A stretch of DNA of 43,020 nucleotides from an archaeon (GTDB taxonomy: Archaea > Aenigmatarchaeota > Aenigmatarchaeia > QMZP01), in contig DATEYJ010000020.1 in assembly GCA_035256265.1 (NCBI GenBank), positions 1 through 43,020 of the forward strand, given 5' to 3'. The notes under the pieces were generated by a model. The model made no database searches. It saw only the letters and a program-made list of their open reading frames with translations, and had not been told where the DNA came from. Of this stretch, positions 33,570-41,084 are shown piece after piece (position 1 is the first letter of the stretch; each line of letters begins with the position of its first letter). A program made the position numbers and the translations under genes.

Positions 33570-33592
33570 GAAAGTGCCCGCGAGGCACTTTC
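33570..33592. repeat. divergent hairpin family member (GAAAGTGCC-CGCGA-GGCACTTTC) in the tfb leader/promoter region
   Basis: 9-bp perfect stem. The flanks GATT...TCTCTCTGG resemble those of the tRNA-intron copy (GGATTGAA...TTCTCTCT). Confidence 0.55.
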
Positions 33593-33823
33593 TCTCTGGT
33601 TTGTTACTCCCTTTCAGTAATTATGAGGGTGAATTTGAATGTTATATTTTGCACACACCCATTTATAAAGCTTTCGGTTTTTTAAGCATAAGTTTAAATA
33701 TTTTTACCATTATCTGGTAATACCTTTTTAAAGTTAACGGAATTGCTCAGGATTTTACCTAAAAACAAGGAAGGAGAGACTCATAATCCTGTTCAAGAGC
33801 TATCTGACCTCCCATCTTTCAGG

Positions 33824-35482
33824 TCAGTAGTCTTCCATCCCGCCGCCCGGGCCTCCCGGAGGCATGGGAGGCATCTTGCCGCCTCCTGAGCCGGAGGCTG
33901 AGATGACATCATCTATCCTTAATATCATCTCAGCTGCCTCTGAAGCGGACTTTATCGCCTGCGTCTTTATCTTCAGCGGCTCTATCACCCCGAGCTTTAT
34001 CATGTCCTGCACTTCGCCTGAGAATACGTCCAGCCCGAACGTGACGCCCTTCTTGTCGTGCTGCGACCTCAGGTTCGCGATCTTGTCTATCGGGTCAAGC
34101 CCTGCGTTCTCGGCAAGGCTCCTTGGTATCACTTCCATGGCTTCTGCAAAGGCATTTATGGCGAGTTGCTCACGACCCTTGAAAGACTCGGCGTATTTCC
34201 TGAGCTCCCTCGCGACCTCTATCTCAGCCGCCCCGCCTCCTGCCACTATCTTGCCAAGCTCCAGGGCAGCTGCTATCCCCTTTACCGCGTCCTCCATGGC
34301 CCTCTGCACCTCGTCTATCACGTGCTCTGTGCCTCCCCTTATGAAGATGGTCACGGCCTTGGGCTGCTGGCACTCCTCCACGAAAATCATCTGGTCCCCA
34401 GCGATCTTCCTCTCCTCCACGCGGCCCGCATATCCCAAGTCGCTCTTGGAGAGCTCGTTCAGGTTGCTCACTATGCTGGCTCCGGTTGCGCGGGCCAGGG
34501 CCTCCATGTCCGATTTCTTCACCCTCCTGGCCGCAAGTATCCCGGCCTTTCCCATGAAGTGCTGCGCCGCATCGTCTATGCCCTTCTGGCAGAAGACCAC
34601 GTTCGCTCCGGACTTCACGACCTTGTCCACCATGTCCCTGAGCATGCGCTCCTCCTGCTCTATGAATGCCTGCATCTTCTCCGGGGAGTTTATGCTTATC
34701 TTGGCATCCCCCTCCAGCTCCTTCACCTCCAAGGCGGAGTCTATGAGCGCGACCTTGGCCTTCTCTATCTTCTTTGGCATGCCTGAATGCACGACCTCCT
34801 TGTCTATGAGCACGCCGTTTATGAGCTGGCTGTCATTTATGGAGCCGCCCTCCTTCTTCTCGAGCTTTATGTTATCCACATCTATGCTCACGACCGAGCC
34901 TTTGACCTCCGCGATCTTCTTTATGGCCTTGACCGCGATGTCTGCCAGCTCCTCAGAAGCCTTCTCAGCGGACTTCCCTGTTATGGCTGTGTTGGCTATC
35001 TGCCTGAGGCTGGCCTCATCATTGATGTCAATCTTCCTTGAGATGTTGTTCAGGACCTCAAGAGCCTTCATCTTGGCCATCCTGAAGCCCTTGGTTATGA
35101 CAGTGGGGTGTATCTCCTGGTCCAGAAGGTCTTCCGCCTTCTTGAGCAGCTCCCCGGCAAGCACCGCCGCCGTTGTTGTCCCGTCACCAACAATCTTGTC
35201 CTGGGTCTTGGCCACTTCCACCATCATCTTCGCTGCAGGGTGCTCTATGTGCATCTCCTCGAGTATGGTCGCCCCGTCATTAGTTATGACCACATCACCA
35301 AGGGTGTCCACGAGCATCTTGTCCATGCCCTTGGGCCCCAGCGTGGTCCTGACTGCGTCAGCCACCGCCTTGGCGGCGGCTATGTTCGACCTCTGGGCGT
35401 CCCTGCCCTTGCTCCTGAATGTCCCTTCGGGCAGTATCAGAATGGGCTGCCCGCCTATCTGCGCAAATCCTGCATTTACCAT
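33824..35482 (-). CDS. ths: thermosome subunit (group II chaperonin)
   Basis: [45 protein letters not shown] and the C-terminal [10 protein letters not shown] tail. Start set at MVNAGFAQ (35482), which is preceded by a GAGGTGA Shine-Dalgarno-like motif. Confidence 0.95.
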   Translation of the reverse strand: MVNAGFAQIGGQPILILPEGTFRSKGRDAQRSNIAAAKAVADAVRTTLGPKGMDKMLVDTLGDVVITNDGATILEEMHIEHPAAKMMVEVAKTQDKIVGDGTTTAAVLAGELLKKAEDLLDQEIHPTVITKGFRMAKMKALEVLNNISRKIDINDEASLRQIANTAITGKSAEKASEELADIAVKAIKKIAEVKGSVVSIDVDNIKLEKKEGGSINDSQLINGVLIDKEVVHSGMPKKIEKAKVALIDSALEVKELEGDAKISINSPEKMQAFIEQEERMLRDMVDKVVKSGANVVFCQKGIDDAAQHFMGKAGILAARRVKKSDMEALARATGASIVSNLNELSKSDLGYAGRVEERKIAGDQMIFVEECQQPKAVTIFIRGGTEHVIDEVQRAMEDAVKGIAAALELGKIVAGGGAAEIEVARELRKYAESFKGREQLAINAFAEAMEVIPRSLAENAGLDPIDKIANLRSQHDKKGVTFGLDVFSGEVQDMIKLGVIEPLKIKTQAIKSASEAAEMILRIDDVISASGSGGGKMPPMPPGGPGGGMEDY

Positions 35483-35641
35483 ATCATTCACCTCTCTTGG
35501 AATCAAACATGAGCGTATGCCTTGAGGGCAAAACGCATAGTATATCTAGCTGATTAACTTATAAATGCTTTGCTATGAAGAAGGGTTTTTATAATCATTC
35601 CGTCACATATAACTACAATTGCCTGAAGGTGAATTGAGTTG

Positions 35642-35663
35642 GAAGGCGTCCGCAGACGCCTTC
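35642..35663. repeat. GC-rich hairpin family member (GAAGGCGTC-CGCA-GACGCCTTC)
   Basis: Perfect 9-bp stem with a 4-nt loop. First unit of the array upstream of the tRNA. Confidence 0.8.
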
Positions 35664-35697
35664 GGGCCATTGTCGCCTTCTAGCCACAAACCGGAGT

Positions 35698-35719
35698 GAA
35701 GGCGACAAGAGTCGCCTTC
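35698..35719. repeat. GC-rich hairpin family member (GAAGGCGAC-AAGA-GTCGCCTTC) followed by TAGCCA
   Basis: Perfect 9-bp stem. An extra unpaired copy of the 3' arm plus tail (GTCGCCTTCTAGCCA) lies at 35672-35686. Confidence 0.8.
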
Positions 35720-35737
35720 TAGCCAGAACGAGAGATT

Positions 35738-35767
35738 GACGGCTTTATCCAATAGGCACAAGCCGTC
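35738..35767. repeat. related hairpin (GACGGCTT-N14-AAGCCGTC) followed by TAGCCA, 5 nt before the tRNA
   Basis: 8-bp stem. The tail CGTCTAGCCA matches the two upstream units. Confidence 0.6.
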
Positions 35768-35807
35768 TAGCCATTAATGGGCTCGTAGCTCAGTCGGTAG
35801 AGCGCCG

Positions 35808-35876
35808 AACGCGCTGGATTGAAAGAATGAAGGCGACAAAAGTCGCCTTCTCTCTAAGAATCTCGTGCGTGCGCAG
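35808..35876 (+). other. tRNA intron 1 (69 nt, position 29/30) with a full hBHBh' motif
   Basis: Outer helix 35799-35801/35878-35880. Central 4-bp helix GCGC 35802-35805/35871-35874. 3-nt bulges at 35806-35808 and 35875-35877. Inner helix 35809-35814/35865-35870. The intron carries hairpin 35829-35850. Confidence 0.75.
35829..35850. repeat. GC-rich hairpin family member (GAAGGCGAC-AAAA-GTCGCCTTC) inside tRNA intron 1
   Basis: Perfect 9-bp stem. The flanks CTGGATTGAAAGAAT...TCTCTAAG resemble those of copies at 38230 and 33570. Confidence 0.8.
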
Positions 35877-35885
35877 GTCTTATAA

Positions 35886-35925
35886 GGCCCGCTTCCGCTC
35901 TGTGGAGGCGTTGCATGGCGTAGAA
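35886..35925 (+). other. tRNA intron 2 (40 nt, position 38/39, or equivalently 37/38 shifted by one A) with a relaxed BHB
   Basis: Central helix TTAT 35880-35883 pairs with GTAG 35920-35923 (2 WC + 2 G.U). Good 5' bulge AAG at 35884-35886. Inner helix GCC 35887-35889/GGC 35917-35919. The 3' site sits in a 2x1 internal loop rather than a clean bulge. Confidence 0.55.
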
Positions 35926-35946
35926 GCCGAAGGTCCTGGGTTCGAT

Positions 35947-35988
35947 GTGAGACAGAATGTGTCAAGAGACACCTTCCTTCCACGAACT
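35947..35988 (+). other. tRNA intron 3 (42 nt, T-loop position 59/60) with a BHB motif
   Basis: The T stem 35936-35940/35990-35994 acts as the outer helix. Central helix TTCG 35941-35944/CGAA 35983-35986. Bulges ATG 35945-35947 and CTT 35987-35989. Internal hairpin GTGTC-AAGA-GACAC at 35959-35972. Confidence 0.7.
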
Positions 35989-36029
35989 TCCCAGCGAGCC
36001 CATTTATTCTTTTCTTCCAAGAATGTCTT

Positions 36030-36371
36030 ATGAGCAAAGTCGGTGAATGGGCAAAGGAGAACAAGAATCTCCTTTTGAAGTCAGGAATCTTTGCGGGCGC
36101 AAGCTTCCTGGATTATTACCTCACGGATTTGGGAATAGCAAAGGGGAGGATAGAAGAGATACATCCTGTTGTTAGTTCTTACCTTAGCATGTACGGGAAC
36201 ATGGGCCCCTATCTATTGAAGGGCATTATGACTGCTGGCGGAATCTTCGGCATGTATCTTACGGATAAAAATCCTGAGAAAACGAGATATACAAGCAACC
36301 ATGTTTTCTGCATAGGGACAGGCGCTTATTTTACCGCTTCTGCCGCCTGCCTCTACCACATCCTGCGCTAG
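36030..36371 (+). CDS. small multi-pass membrane protein (113 aa)
   Basis: Hydrophobic segments IFAGASFLDYYLTDLGI, LLKGIMTAGGIFGMYL and CIGTGAYFTASAACLY. No motif recognised. Confidence 0.5.
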   Translation: MSKVGEWAKENKNLLLKSGIFAGASFLDYYLTDLGIAKGRIEEIHPVVSSYLSMYGNMGPYLLKGIMTAGGIFGMYLTDKNPEKTRYTSNHVFCIGTGAYFTASAACLYHILR

Positions 36372-36799
36372 CCGGCCGCGAGCTTCTTCTTCATGGGCAT
36401 GAGCACTATCTTGGCTATCTGCTCCATCATCTTGGGCTGGGCCGCCACTATGTCCATGGCTGAGACTATCCCCACCAGCTGGTTCTCCGTGACCACGGGG
36501 AGCCTCTTGACCCTCTTCTCGGTCATGGCGTTGGCCGCGTCCTCTATGTGGGTGTCAGGCCCCACAGCCACGACCTCCTTGGTCATCACTTCCTCCACCT
36601 TTGTCTTGGAGGGGAGCTTGTTCTTTGCCACAACCTCTCTGATTATGTCCCCCTCTGTCAGTATTCCCGCGAGCATCTCCTTCCTGACGACTATGAGGCT
36701 GCCTATTCCGGCATCCGCCATCAGCTCCGCGGCCTCCTGCACTGTGGAGCCCGGGGAAACTGTCTTCACGTCAGTTGTCATTATCTCCTTCACAAACAT
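36368..36799 (-). CDS. CBS-domain pair protein
   Basis: 143 aa. Two CBS repeats: VKEIMTTDVKTVSP...IGSLIVV and VEEVMTKEVVAVGPDT...VKRLPVV. Confidence 0.8.
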   Translation of the reverse strand: MFVKEIMTTDVKTVSPGSTVQEAAELMADAGIGSLIVVRKEMLAGILTEGDIIREVVAKNKLPSKTKVEEVMTKEVVAVGPDTHIEDAANAMTEKRVKRLPVVTENQLVGIVSAMDIVAAQPKMMEQIAKIVLMPMKKKLAAG

Positions 36800-36810
36800 A
36801 TTTTCACTCT

Positions 36811-37389
36811 CTAATCTCTCCGTGAGCTCTCCATCCTGGGGACGAAGACCCTGTACCTGTCCTTGTCGTTCAGCTCCTCCAGTATTCTCCTCACGATCAT
36901 CTTCTCTGGGTCGGGTAGCAGGGGCACCCTCGTCTTGAGCTCCGCGAAGCTCTCGAAAGGCTTGGTCTTCCTTTCCTCTATTATCGCCCAGAGGTGGCGC
37001 TTGCCTATCCCTGGAAGCAGCTCAAGCTGGTGCATGCGAGTGGTGAGCTGGCCGGATTTGTTGAAGAAATCCAGGAACTTTCCCGGAGTGTCCTTCACGA
37101 TATTCTCCACAGCCGGCTGGACCTCGTCCTTTGCGGCTGTCGTGAGCTCCCTGAACTCCATCCTCCCCCTTATGTACTTCACCTTGTCCCTCTTCCCGTC
37201 GCCTATGTAGACCCTCTCCCCTATCTTGAGGTTGGAGTCCTCCCTCACTATGACCTCCAGCAGGGAGAAGAACAGGTCTCCCATGACCTGGGCCACGGGC
37301 TGGGACCTCTCCATGTCATACCTTCCGTGGGAGAGGTAGTCCAGGGTCACGCCCCACTCGTCCTTCTTGAGCTTCTCCTTAGGAATCAT
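36811..37389 (-). CDS. DUF655-family protein (conserved archaeal RNA-binding/HhH protein of the L21e-rpoF cluster)
   Basis: 192 aa. VTLDYLSHGR...LLEV...RVYIG...MHQLELLPGIGKRHLWAIIEER matches DUF655. The gene order L21e-Rpo4-DUF655 is the conserved archaeal arrangement. Confidence 0.8.
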   Translation of the reverse strand: MIPKEKLKKDEWGVTLDYLSHGRYDMERSQPVAQVMGDLFFSLLEVIVREDSNLKIGERVYIGDGKRDKVKYIRGRMEFRELTTAAKDEVQPAVENIVKDTPGKFLDFFNKSGQLTTRMHQLELLPGIGKRHLWAIIEERKTKPFESFAELKTRVPLLPDPEKMIVRRILEELNDKDRYRVFVPRMESSRRD

Positions 37390-37470
37390 AAAATCACTGT
37401 TTCTTGTTGAGGTTGGTTATAGAATTGGCTTGCGGTTTTAAATTCGTTTGAGCGGCCCCTTTCAAAGCCG

Positions 37471-37797
37471 TCAAGCGTATTTTTTCACGATAGAAATTAT
37501 CTTCTTCCTGTCTTCCTCAGAGGGGCTCACGACCTCGTTCGCGAACAGCACCCTGAGCTCCTCCAGCTCCTGGGGCATGTGGTTTATTATGGAGACTATG
37601 TGCCTCTCCTTCAGCCTCTCTATCTTGCCAAGCTCCTCGGCCAGCTCTGCCGCGGACTTCTCGGAAAGCTTGGAGAACTTCCTCAGGTGGTCCAAAGCAT
37701 TTTTCTGCTCGTAGCTGAGCTCCTTTTCCTTCTCCTTCTTCTCCAGGGCCTTCTTCACCTCGGCCCACGGGATGACCTTCTCGCTTTCTACTTTCAT
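37471..37797 (-). CDS. rpoF: DNA-directed RNA polymerase subunit Rpo4/F
   Basis: 108 aa from MKVESEKVIPWAEVKKALEK...SYEQKNALDHLRKFSKL...IINHMP. The start was moved downstream of the hairpin at 37825-37845, which the ORF track had translated as REGGFAAF. Confidence 0.85.
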   Translation of the reverse strand: MKVESEKVIPWAEVKKALEKKEKEKELSYEQKNALDHLRKFSKLSEKSAAELAEELGKIERLKERHIVSIINHMPQELEELRVLFANEVVSPSEEDRKKIISIVKKYA

Positions 37798-37824
37798 GCC
37801 TTTCGCCTCGCTGTTGTCAACGGA

Positions 37825-37845
37825 GAAGGCGGCGAAGCCGCCTTC
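37825..37845. repeat. GC-rich hairpin family member (GAAGGCGGC-GAA-GCCGCCTTC) between rpl21e and rpoF
   Basis: Perfect 9-bp stem with a 3-nt loop, in the 72-bp intergenic spacer. Confidence 0.75.
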
Positions 37846-37869
37846 GCGCAAGATATGCTTTGTGAAATA

Positions 37870-38157
37870 TTACTTGCCCGGCCTTAAATGCTCGGGCCTG
37901 AGCATGAGGGTCTTCTCCTTGTCTCCGAGCTTGACCTTCACCACGTAGGCCCTCCCCCTCTTCCTTACTATCTTGCCTGTCTTCCCCTTGTACCTGTAAT
38001 GGGGCATGTTCTTGGGGGAGGAGGGGTCTGACTCTATCATAACAACCTGGCCAGGGATGAACTCCCTGAGGTACCTCTCTACAGTGAACTTGGCCCTGTG
38101 AGGCCTCTTGAACTTCCTCCTGGTCCCTGTCCTGAAACCCCTTCCTGATCTTGACAT
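37870..38157 (-). CDS. rpl21e: 50S ribosomal protein L21e
   Basis: 95 aa. MSRSGRGFRTGTRRKFKRPHRAKFTVERYLREF..G..V.I..DPS....MPH.RY.GKTG.I is canonical L21e. Confidence 0.95.
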   Translation of the reverse strand: MSRSGRGFRTGTRRKFKRPHRAKFTVERYLREFIPGQVVMIESDPSSPKNMPHYRYKGKTGKIVRKRGRAYVVKVKLGDKEKTLMLRPEHLRPGK

Positions 38158-38229
38158 AGTTCACACCATAATATAACTGGTTAATTGTATGCTTTCTATT
38201 TAAATCCTTGATTCCGGATCCTCTGGATT

Positions 38230-38251
38230 GAAGGCGTCTCTTGACGCCTTC
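38230..38251. repeat. GC-rich hairpin family member (GAAGGCGTC-TCTT-GACGCCTTC) between pus10 and rpl21e
   Basis: Perfect 9-bp stem with a 4-nt loop. The 5' flank CTGGATT is identical to that of the intron copy. Confidence 0.8.
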
Positions 38252-38289
38252 TTTCTAATATTCCGCCTTCCTTCTCCCATCGGCCTGCT

Positions 38290-39516
38290 TCATTCCCTTC
38301 TGGCCTTCGGGAGATGTATTTTGACCACGTCAAGCTCCTTCACTTTCAGGGGGACTCCAAGGACCTCTGAGAAGGACGGCCTTGTCCTCCCATTGTCCCC
38401 GTGGACAAGCTCCTTTATGTAAAGCCCGGCCTCTCCCTTTATCGTGAACTCCAGCCTCTTCCCGGAAAGGGCTTTCCAGGAGACGGATTTCATCCTCTTG
38501 GTCCTGGTCTTGTCCGCCCGCCTGTGGAGCACCCTTGTGGGGGTCTGCTGTTTTATCAGGGAAATTCTTTTGAGCTTCTTTAGGGATTCCAGGGACACAG
38601 GCTTCTCCGGAAGGACCAGGACCCTGTAGCTCTTGTCAGGCATGAGGCTCTTGACAGCCACGACCTCCTTCCTGTCTGAATACCTGAGGCCCGAAACCCT
38701 TACCTTTCTCGTGCGGTTCACCTCGGCCTCCATCTTCCTCAGGTCAAATGTCCTTTTCATGGGGGATCCTATCTCCAGGACGAAAGGCCTCCAGTCCAGG
38801 CAGCGCGCGTCTATGTCCTCGCGCCCGCTCGCGTGCATGGCATGGTCCCTGCCTCCTGATTCCCTCATGAAGGGCTTTGCTATTATGTCCTCCACGGTCT
38901 CCTTGTACATCTCCCATTTCGTCTGTGGGATTCCCCTCACGAGCTTCTGGTACCTCCCGTAAACATAAACGGGGTTTATCTGCATGTCCAGCCGGCCCCT
39001 CTCCAAGTCCAGGAGTATCCCCACGTCCGGCTTGCCCTCATCCGGCTCCTTCCCTGTCCTCCCCGCTACCAGCTTTCCCAGCTCCCTGTTTATCTCGGAC
39101 TTTATAGGCTCGCAGTGCTCTATCCCTATCTCCTCCCAGAGGGCCTCCTCCAGCCGTATGAGGGAGACGCTCAGGGAGGTGGAGACCACGAAGGTCCTGC
39201 ATTCTACGGCCTGGAGCTTTTTTGCTGCCTGCTCTGCCCACTTCTCCAGGCTCTCGAAGAGGCCTCCGCACACGAAACATTGCCTGGATTTCTCCTTAGT
39301 TTCAGGGTTTTTGCCTTTCCTGAAATTGAACATGGAGAAGTTGGACTTCTCGGTCGGGAAAGGCTTCACAGCGTATTCCAGGGCGAGGGCTGTGCGCAAC
39401 GCGCGCCCTCGTTCCTTGTTAGTCATTCCAGAAAGGATCTGGCCGAACTGCCGTCCCAGGCAGTTATCACAAATATGGCCTTTCTGGAGAATCTCCTTGG
39501 CGGTTTCCATTATCAT
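38290..39516 (-). CDS. pus10: tRNA pseudouridine(54/55) synthase Pus10
   Basis: Start at MIMETAKEILQKGHICDNCLGRQFG. Zn-binding CDNC...CFVCGG, a THUMP-like part, and a catalytic domain with ...HASGREDIDARCL...RPFVLE. The upstream 114 codons of the ORF overlap the coiled-coil gene out of frame. Confidence 0.85.
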   Translation of the reverse strand: MIMETAKEILQKGHICDNCLGRQFGQILSGMTNKERGRALRTALALEYAVKPFPTEKSNFSMFNFRKGKNPETKEKSRQCFVCGGLFESLEKWAEQAAKKLQAVECRTFVVSTSLSVSLIRLEEALWEEIGIEHCEPIKSEINRELGKLVAGRTGKEPDEGKPDVGILLDLERGRLDMQINPVYVYGRYQKLVRGIPQTKWEMYKETVEDIIAKPFMRESGGRDHAMHASGREDIDARCLDWRPFVLEIGSPMKRTFDLRKMEAEVNRTRKVRVSGLRYSDRKEVVAVKSLMPDKSYRVLVLPEKPVSLESLKKLKRISLIKQQTPTRVLHRRADKTRTKRMKSVSWKALSGKRLEFTIKGEAGLYIKELVHGDNGRTRPSFSEVLGVPLKVKELDVVKIHLPKARRE

Positions 39517-39554
39517 GCGTATAGTTTTCGGATTTCGGGAATATAAATGCAGAA

Positions 39555-40970
39555 TCAGCTTGCGCTTTGCTCTGGAGTTTCCCCTTCCTTGCCTGAAGGC
39601 GAAGATGGCTTGACAGCCTCCGGCTGTCGGTCTCCTGTTCGACTTCCTTCTTCCTTCTCCTCCGGCACGACTATGCTCACCTTCTTCCCGCTGCTCTTGT
39701 AGATTATCTCCTCCAGCTCCTGCCTCTGCCTCACCATCTCCTTCCGGATGTTTTCCTTGTCCTGGCCGGAGGTGTTCAGGAGCTTCTCGAGGGAGGCTAT
39801 CTCTTCCAAAGCTCTCTTTATGTTGCTCTCGAGGTGGTCCTTCCGCTCTATCGCCCATTCGTAGCGGCCTTTGTCCCTTTCCATCTCCTTTATCTCCTCC
39901 CCGGTCTCCTGGTACGCGGCCTTCAGCTCCTTCATGTCAGAGTCCAGCCTTGATATCATGTCGTCCAGCCTCTCCCTCTCGCTGTCCTTCAGGCTCATCC
40001 TCTCCTCGAAATAGGCCTTCCTTGCCAGGAGGAGCATGTCCCTTATCCTGGATTCCTGGTTCTTTTCCAGGGTCTCGAACGGCCTGTTTATGAGGCCCTC
40101 CAGGACCTGCTCTTCTTCCTTCTCCATTGGGTAGCCCTTCCCCGCCAGGTACTCCAGCTTCTTGAGCGGCCTCTGGACCGAGGTGAGCTCGGCTGTGACC
40201 TTCTCCTTTATAGCAGAGGATTTCTTCCTGGCCTTCTCTATCTGCTCCGCGAGCGAGTTGTACTGCTCATACTCATGGCCCTTCACTATCCCCTCTATCT
40301 CCGCGAGGTTCTTCTCGCTCCTGTTCCGGAGGTCCCTTATCCTCATCTCTATCCCACTCTCCTCCTTCTCCACCGTGCTGAGCTTGAGCTTGAGCAGGGA
40401 TTGCTGCTCCTTCCTTGACTTTATGCTGTGCGCGAGCTGGATGGTCTCGCCCTCGGCCTCCAGGAACTCCCTCATCACGGAAACCTTCTCCTGGGTCTCC
40501 TTTATCTTCTCTATCACGGGAGAGCTCTCCTTCGGGAAATACGTGGAGAGAAGGAAGGCCTGCTTGGGAGTGATGCTACTCATGTCTGAGAGCGCTTCCG
40601 CGCTCGCCTGCTCGAAGTCGCGCAGAACACGGAAGTCCACAGGCCTCCCCTGGTAGGCCTGGATGGAATTCACGAGGTTGTGGACCCTCTTCACGAAGAG
40701 GTCCTTGGTCATGTTCACGACAGCCCCCACTTTCTCCTCGCCCTCGAACCTCGCTCCCTCAAGCCTGTCAGAGGATTCCTTTATGCCCGCGAAACCCTTC
40801 ATGATGTCAGAATAAATCTCATTCGCCTTCTCGTGCCTGTCCCTTATCTTCCCCGAGAGGGTCTGGTTCACCCAGTCATGCACCTCGTCTATGTGCACTT
40901 CGGTCGGAGCGGCCTCCTCTGCGGGCTTTTCAGGCTCTTTTTTCCTCTTGAAAATATCGAATATCCCCAT
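39555..40970 (-). CDS. long coiled-coil protein of unknown function (471 aa)
   Basis: Glu/Lys/Arg/Leu-rich heptad-like sequence over ~350 aa, with a low-complexity acidic/Pro C-terminus. No NTPase motifs were seen. Confidence 0.6.
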   Translation of the reverse strand: MGIFDIFKRKKEPEKPAEEAAPTEVHIDEVHDWVNQTLSGKIRDRHEKANEIYSDIMKGFAGIKESSDRLEGARFEGEEKVGAVVNMTKDLFVKRVHNLVNSIQAYQGRPVDFRVLRDFEQASAEALSDMSSITPKQAFLLSTYFPKESSPVIEKIKETQEKVSVMREFLEAEGETIQLAHSIKSRKEQQSLLKLKLSTVEKEESGIEMRIRDLRNRSEKNLAEIEGIVKGHEYEQYNSLAEQIEKARKKSSAIKEKVTAELTSVQRPLKKLEYLAGKGYPMEKEEEQVLEGLINRPFETLEKNQESRIRDMLLLARKAYFEERMSLKDSERERLDDMISRLDSDMKELKAAYQETGEEIKEMERDKGRYEWAIERKDHLESNIKRALEEIASLEKLLNTSGQDKENIRKEMVRQRQELEEIIYKSSGKKVSIVVPEEKEEGSRTGDRQPEAVKPSSPSGKEGETPEQSAS

Positions 40971-41084
40971 GTTTAGAATATGGAAGAAAGAGATTTAAGG
41001 GGTATCTTTGCTTGGCTTGGAGATTGTTGCTCCACTCAGTCCACATACTCCAAACTTTATATCAGCTTGGCCCGAATAATAAAC

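Larger units (their letters stand above)
35779..36002 (+). tRNA. tRNA with three introns; the mature 73-nt product reads as tRNA-Ile(UAU)
   Basis: Acceptor stem GGGCTCG/CGAGCCC plus discriminator A. D arm GCTC-AGTCGGTA-GAGC. T arm CTGGG-TTCGATT-CCCAG after removing 35947-35988. Anticodon arm CCGGT-CTTATAA-GCCGA after removing 35808-35876 and 35886-35925. Exons are 35779-35807, 35877-35885, 35926-35946 and 35989-36002. No encoded CCA. Caveat: position 27:43 is a C x A mismatch. Confidence 0.7.

Noticed and set aside
33864-35525. 553-aa ORF on the plus strand opposite the thermosome gene
   Set aside because: It is a low-complexity Ser/Ala/Pro-rich translation and exactly antisense to a perfectly conserved chaperonin gene. 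This is a typical shadow ORF of a GC-balanced gene.
35814-35824. Reading CTGGA-TTGAAA as the anticodon stem/loop of a tRNA-Phe(GAA)
   Set aside because: This segment resembles tRNA-Phe, but no complementary 3' stem strand (T[CT][CT][AG]G) exists anywhere downstream. It would also need an unexplained 9-nt insert after position 26. The segment is part of the inner helix of intron 1.
35642-35850. Possible CRISPR array formed by the repeated hairpins near the tRNA
   Set aside because: There are only 3-4 units. The repeat sequences differ, the spacing is irregular (39 and 49 bp) and the spacers are too short. No cas genes are present in the window. A palindromic REP/MITE-like family dispersed over the window explains the units better.
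35804-35931. GCCGAA direct repeat (35804-35809 and 35926-35931) as a target-site duplication of an element inserted into the tRNA
   Set aside because: Removing the segment between the repeats would delete the whole anticodon arm. The three-intron model with BHB motifs gives a complete 73-nt tRNA instead.
35774-36064. ORFs 35774..36064 (-) and 35827..36033 (+)
   Set aside because: They span the tRNA gene and its introns. The tRNA arms and BHB motifs explain the sequence, and there is no coding signal.
39517-39858. N-terminal extension of the Pus10 ORF
   Set aside because: It overlaps the 3' end of the coiled-coil gene and is Gly/Arg/Glu-rich. The conserved Pus10 N-terminus (Zn-binding CDNC) starts at the internal MIMETAKE.
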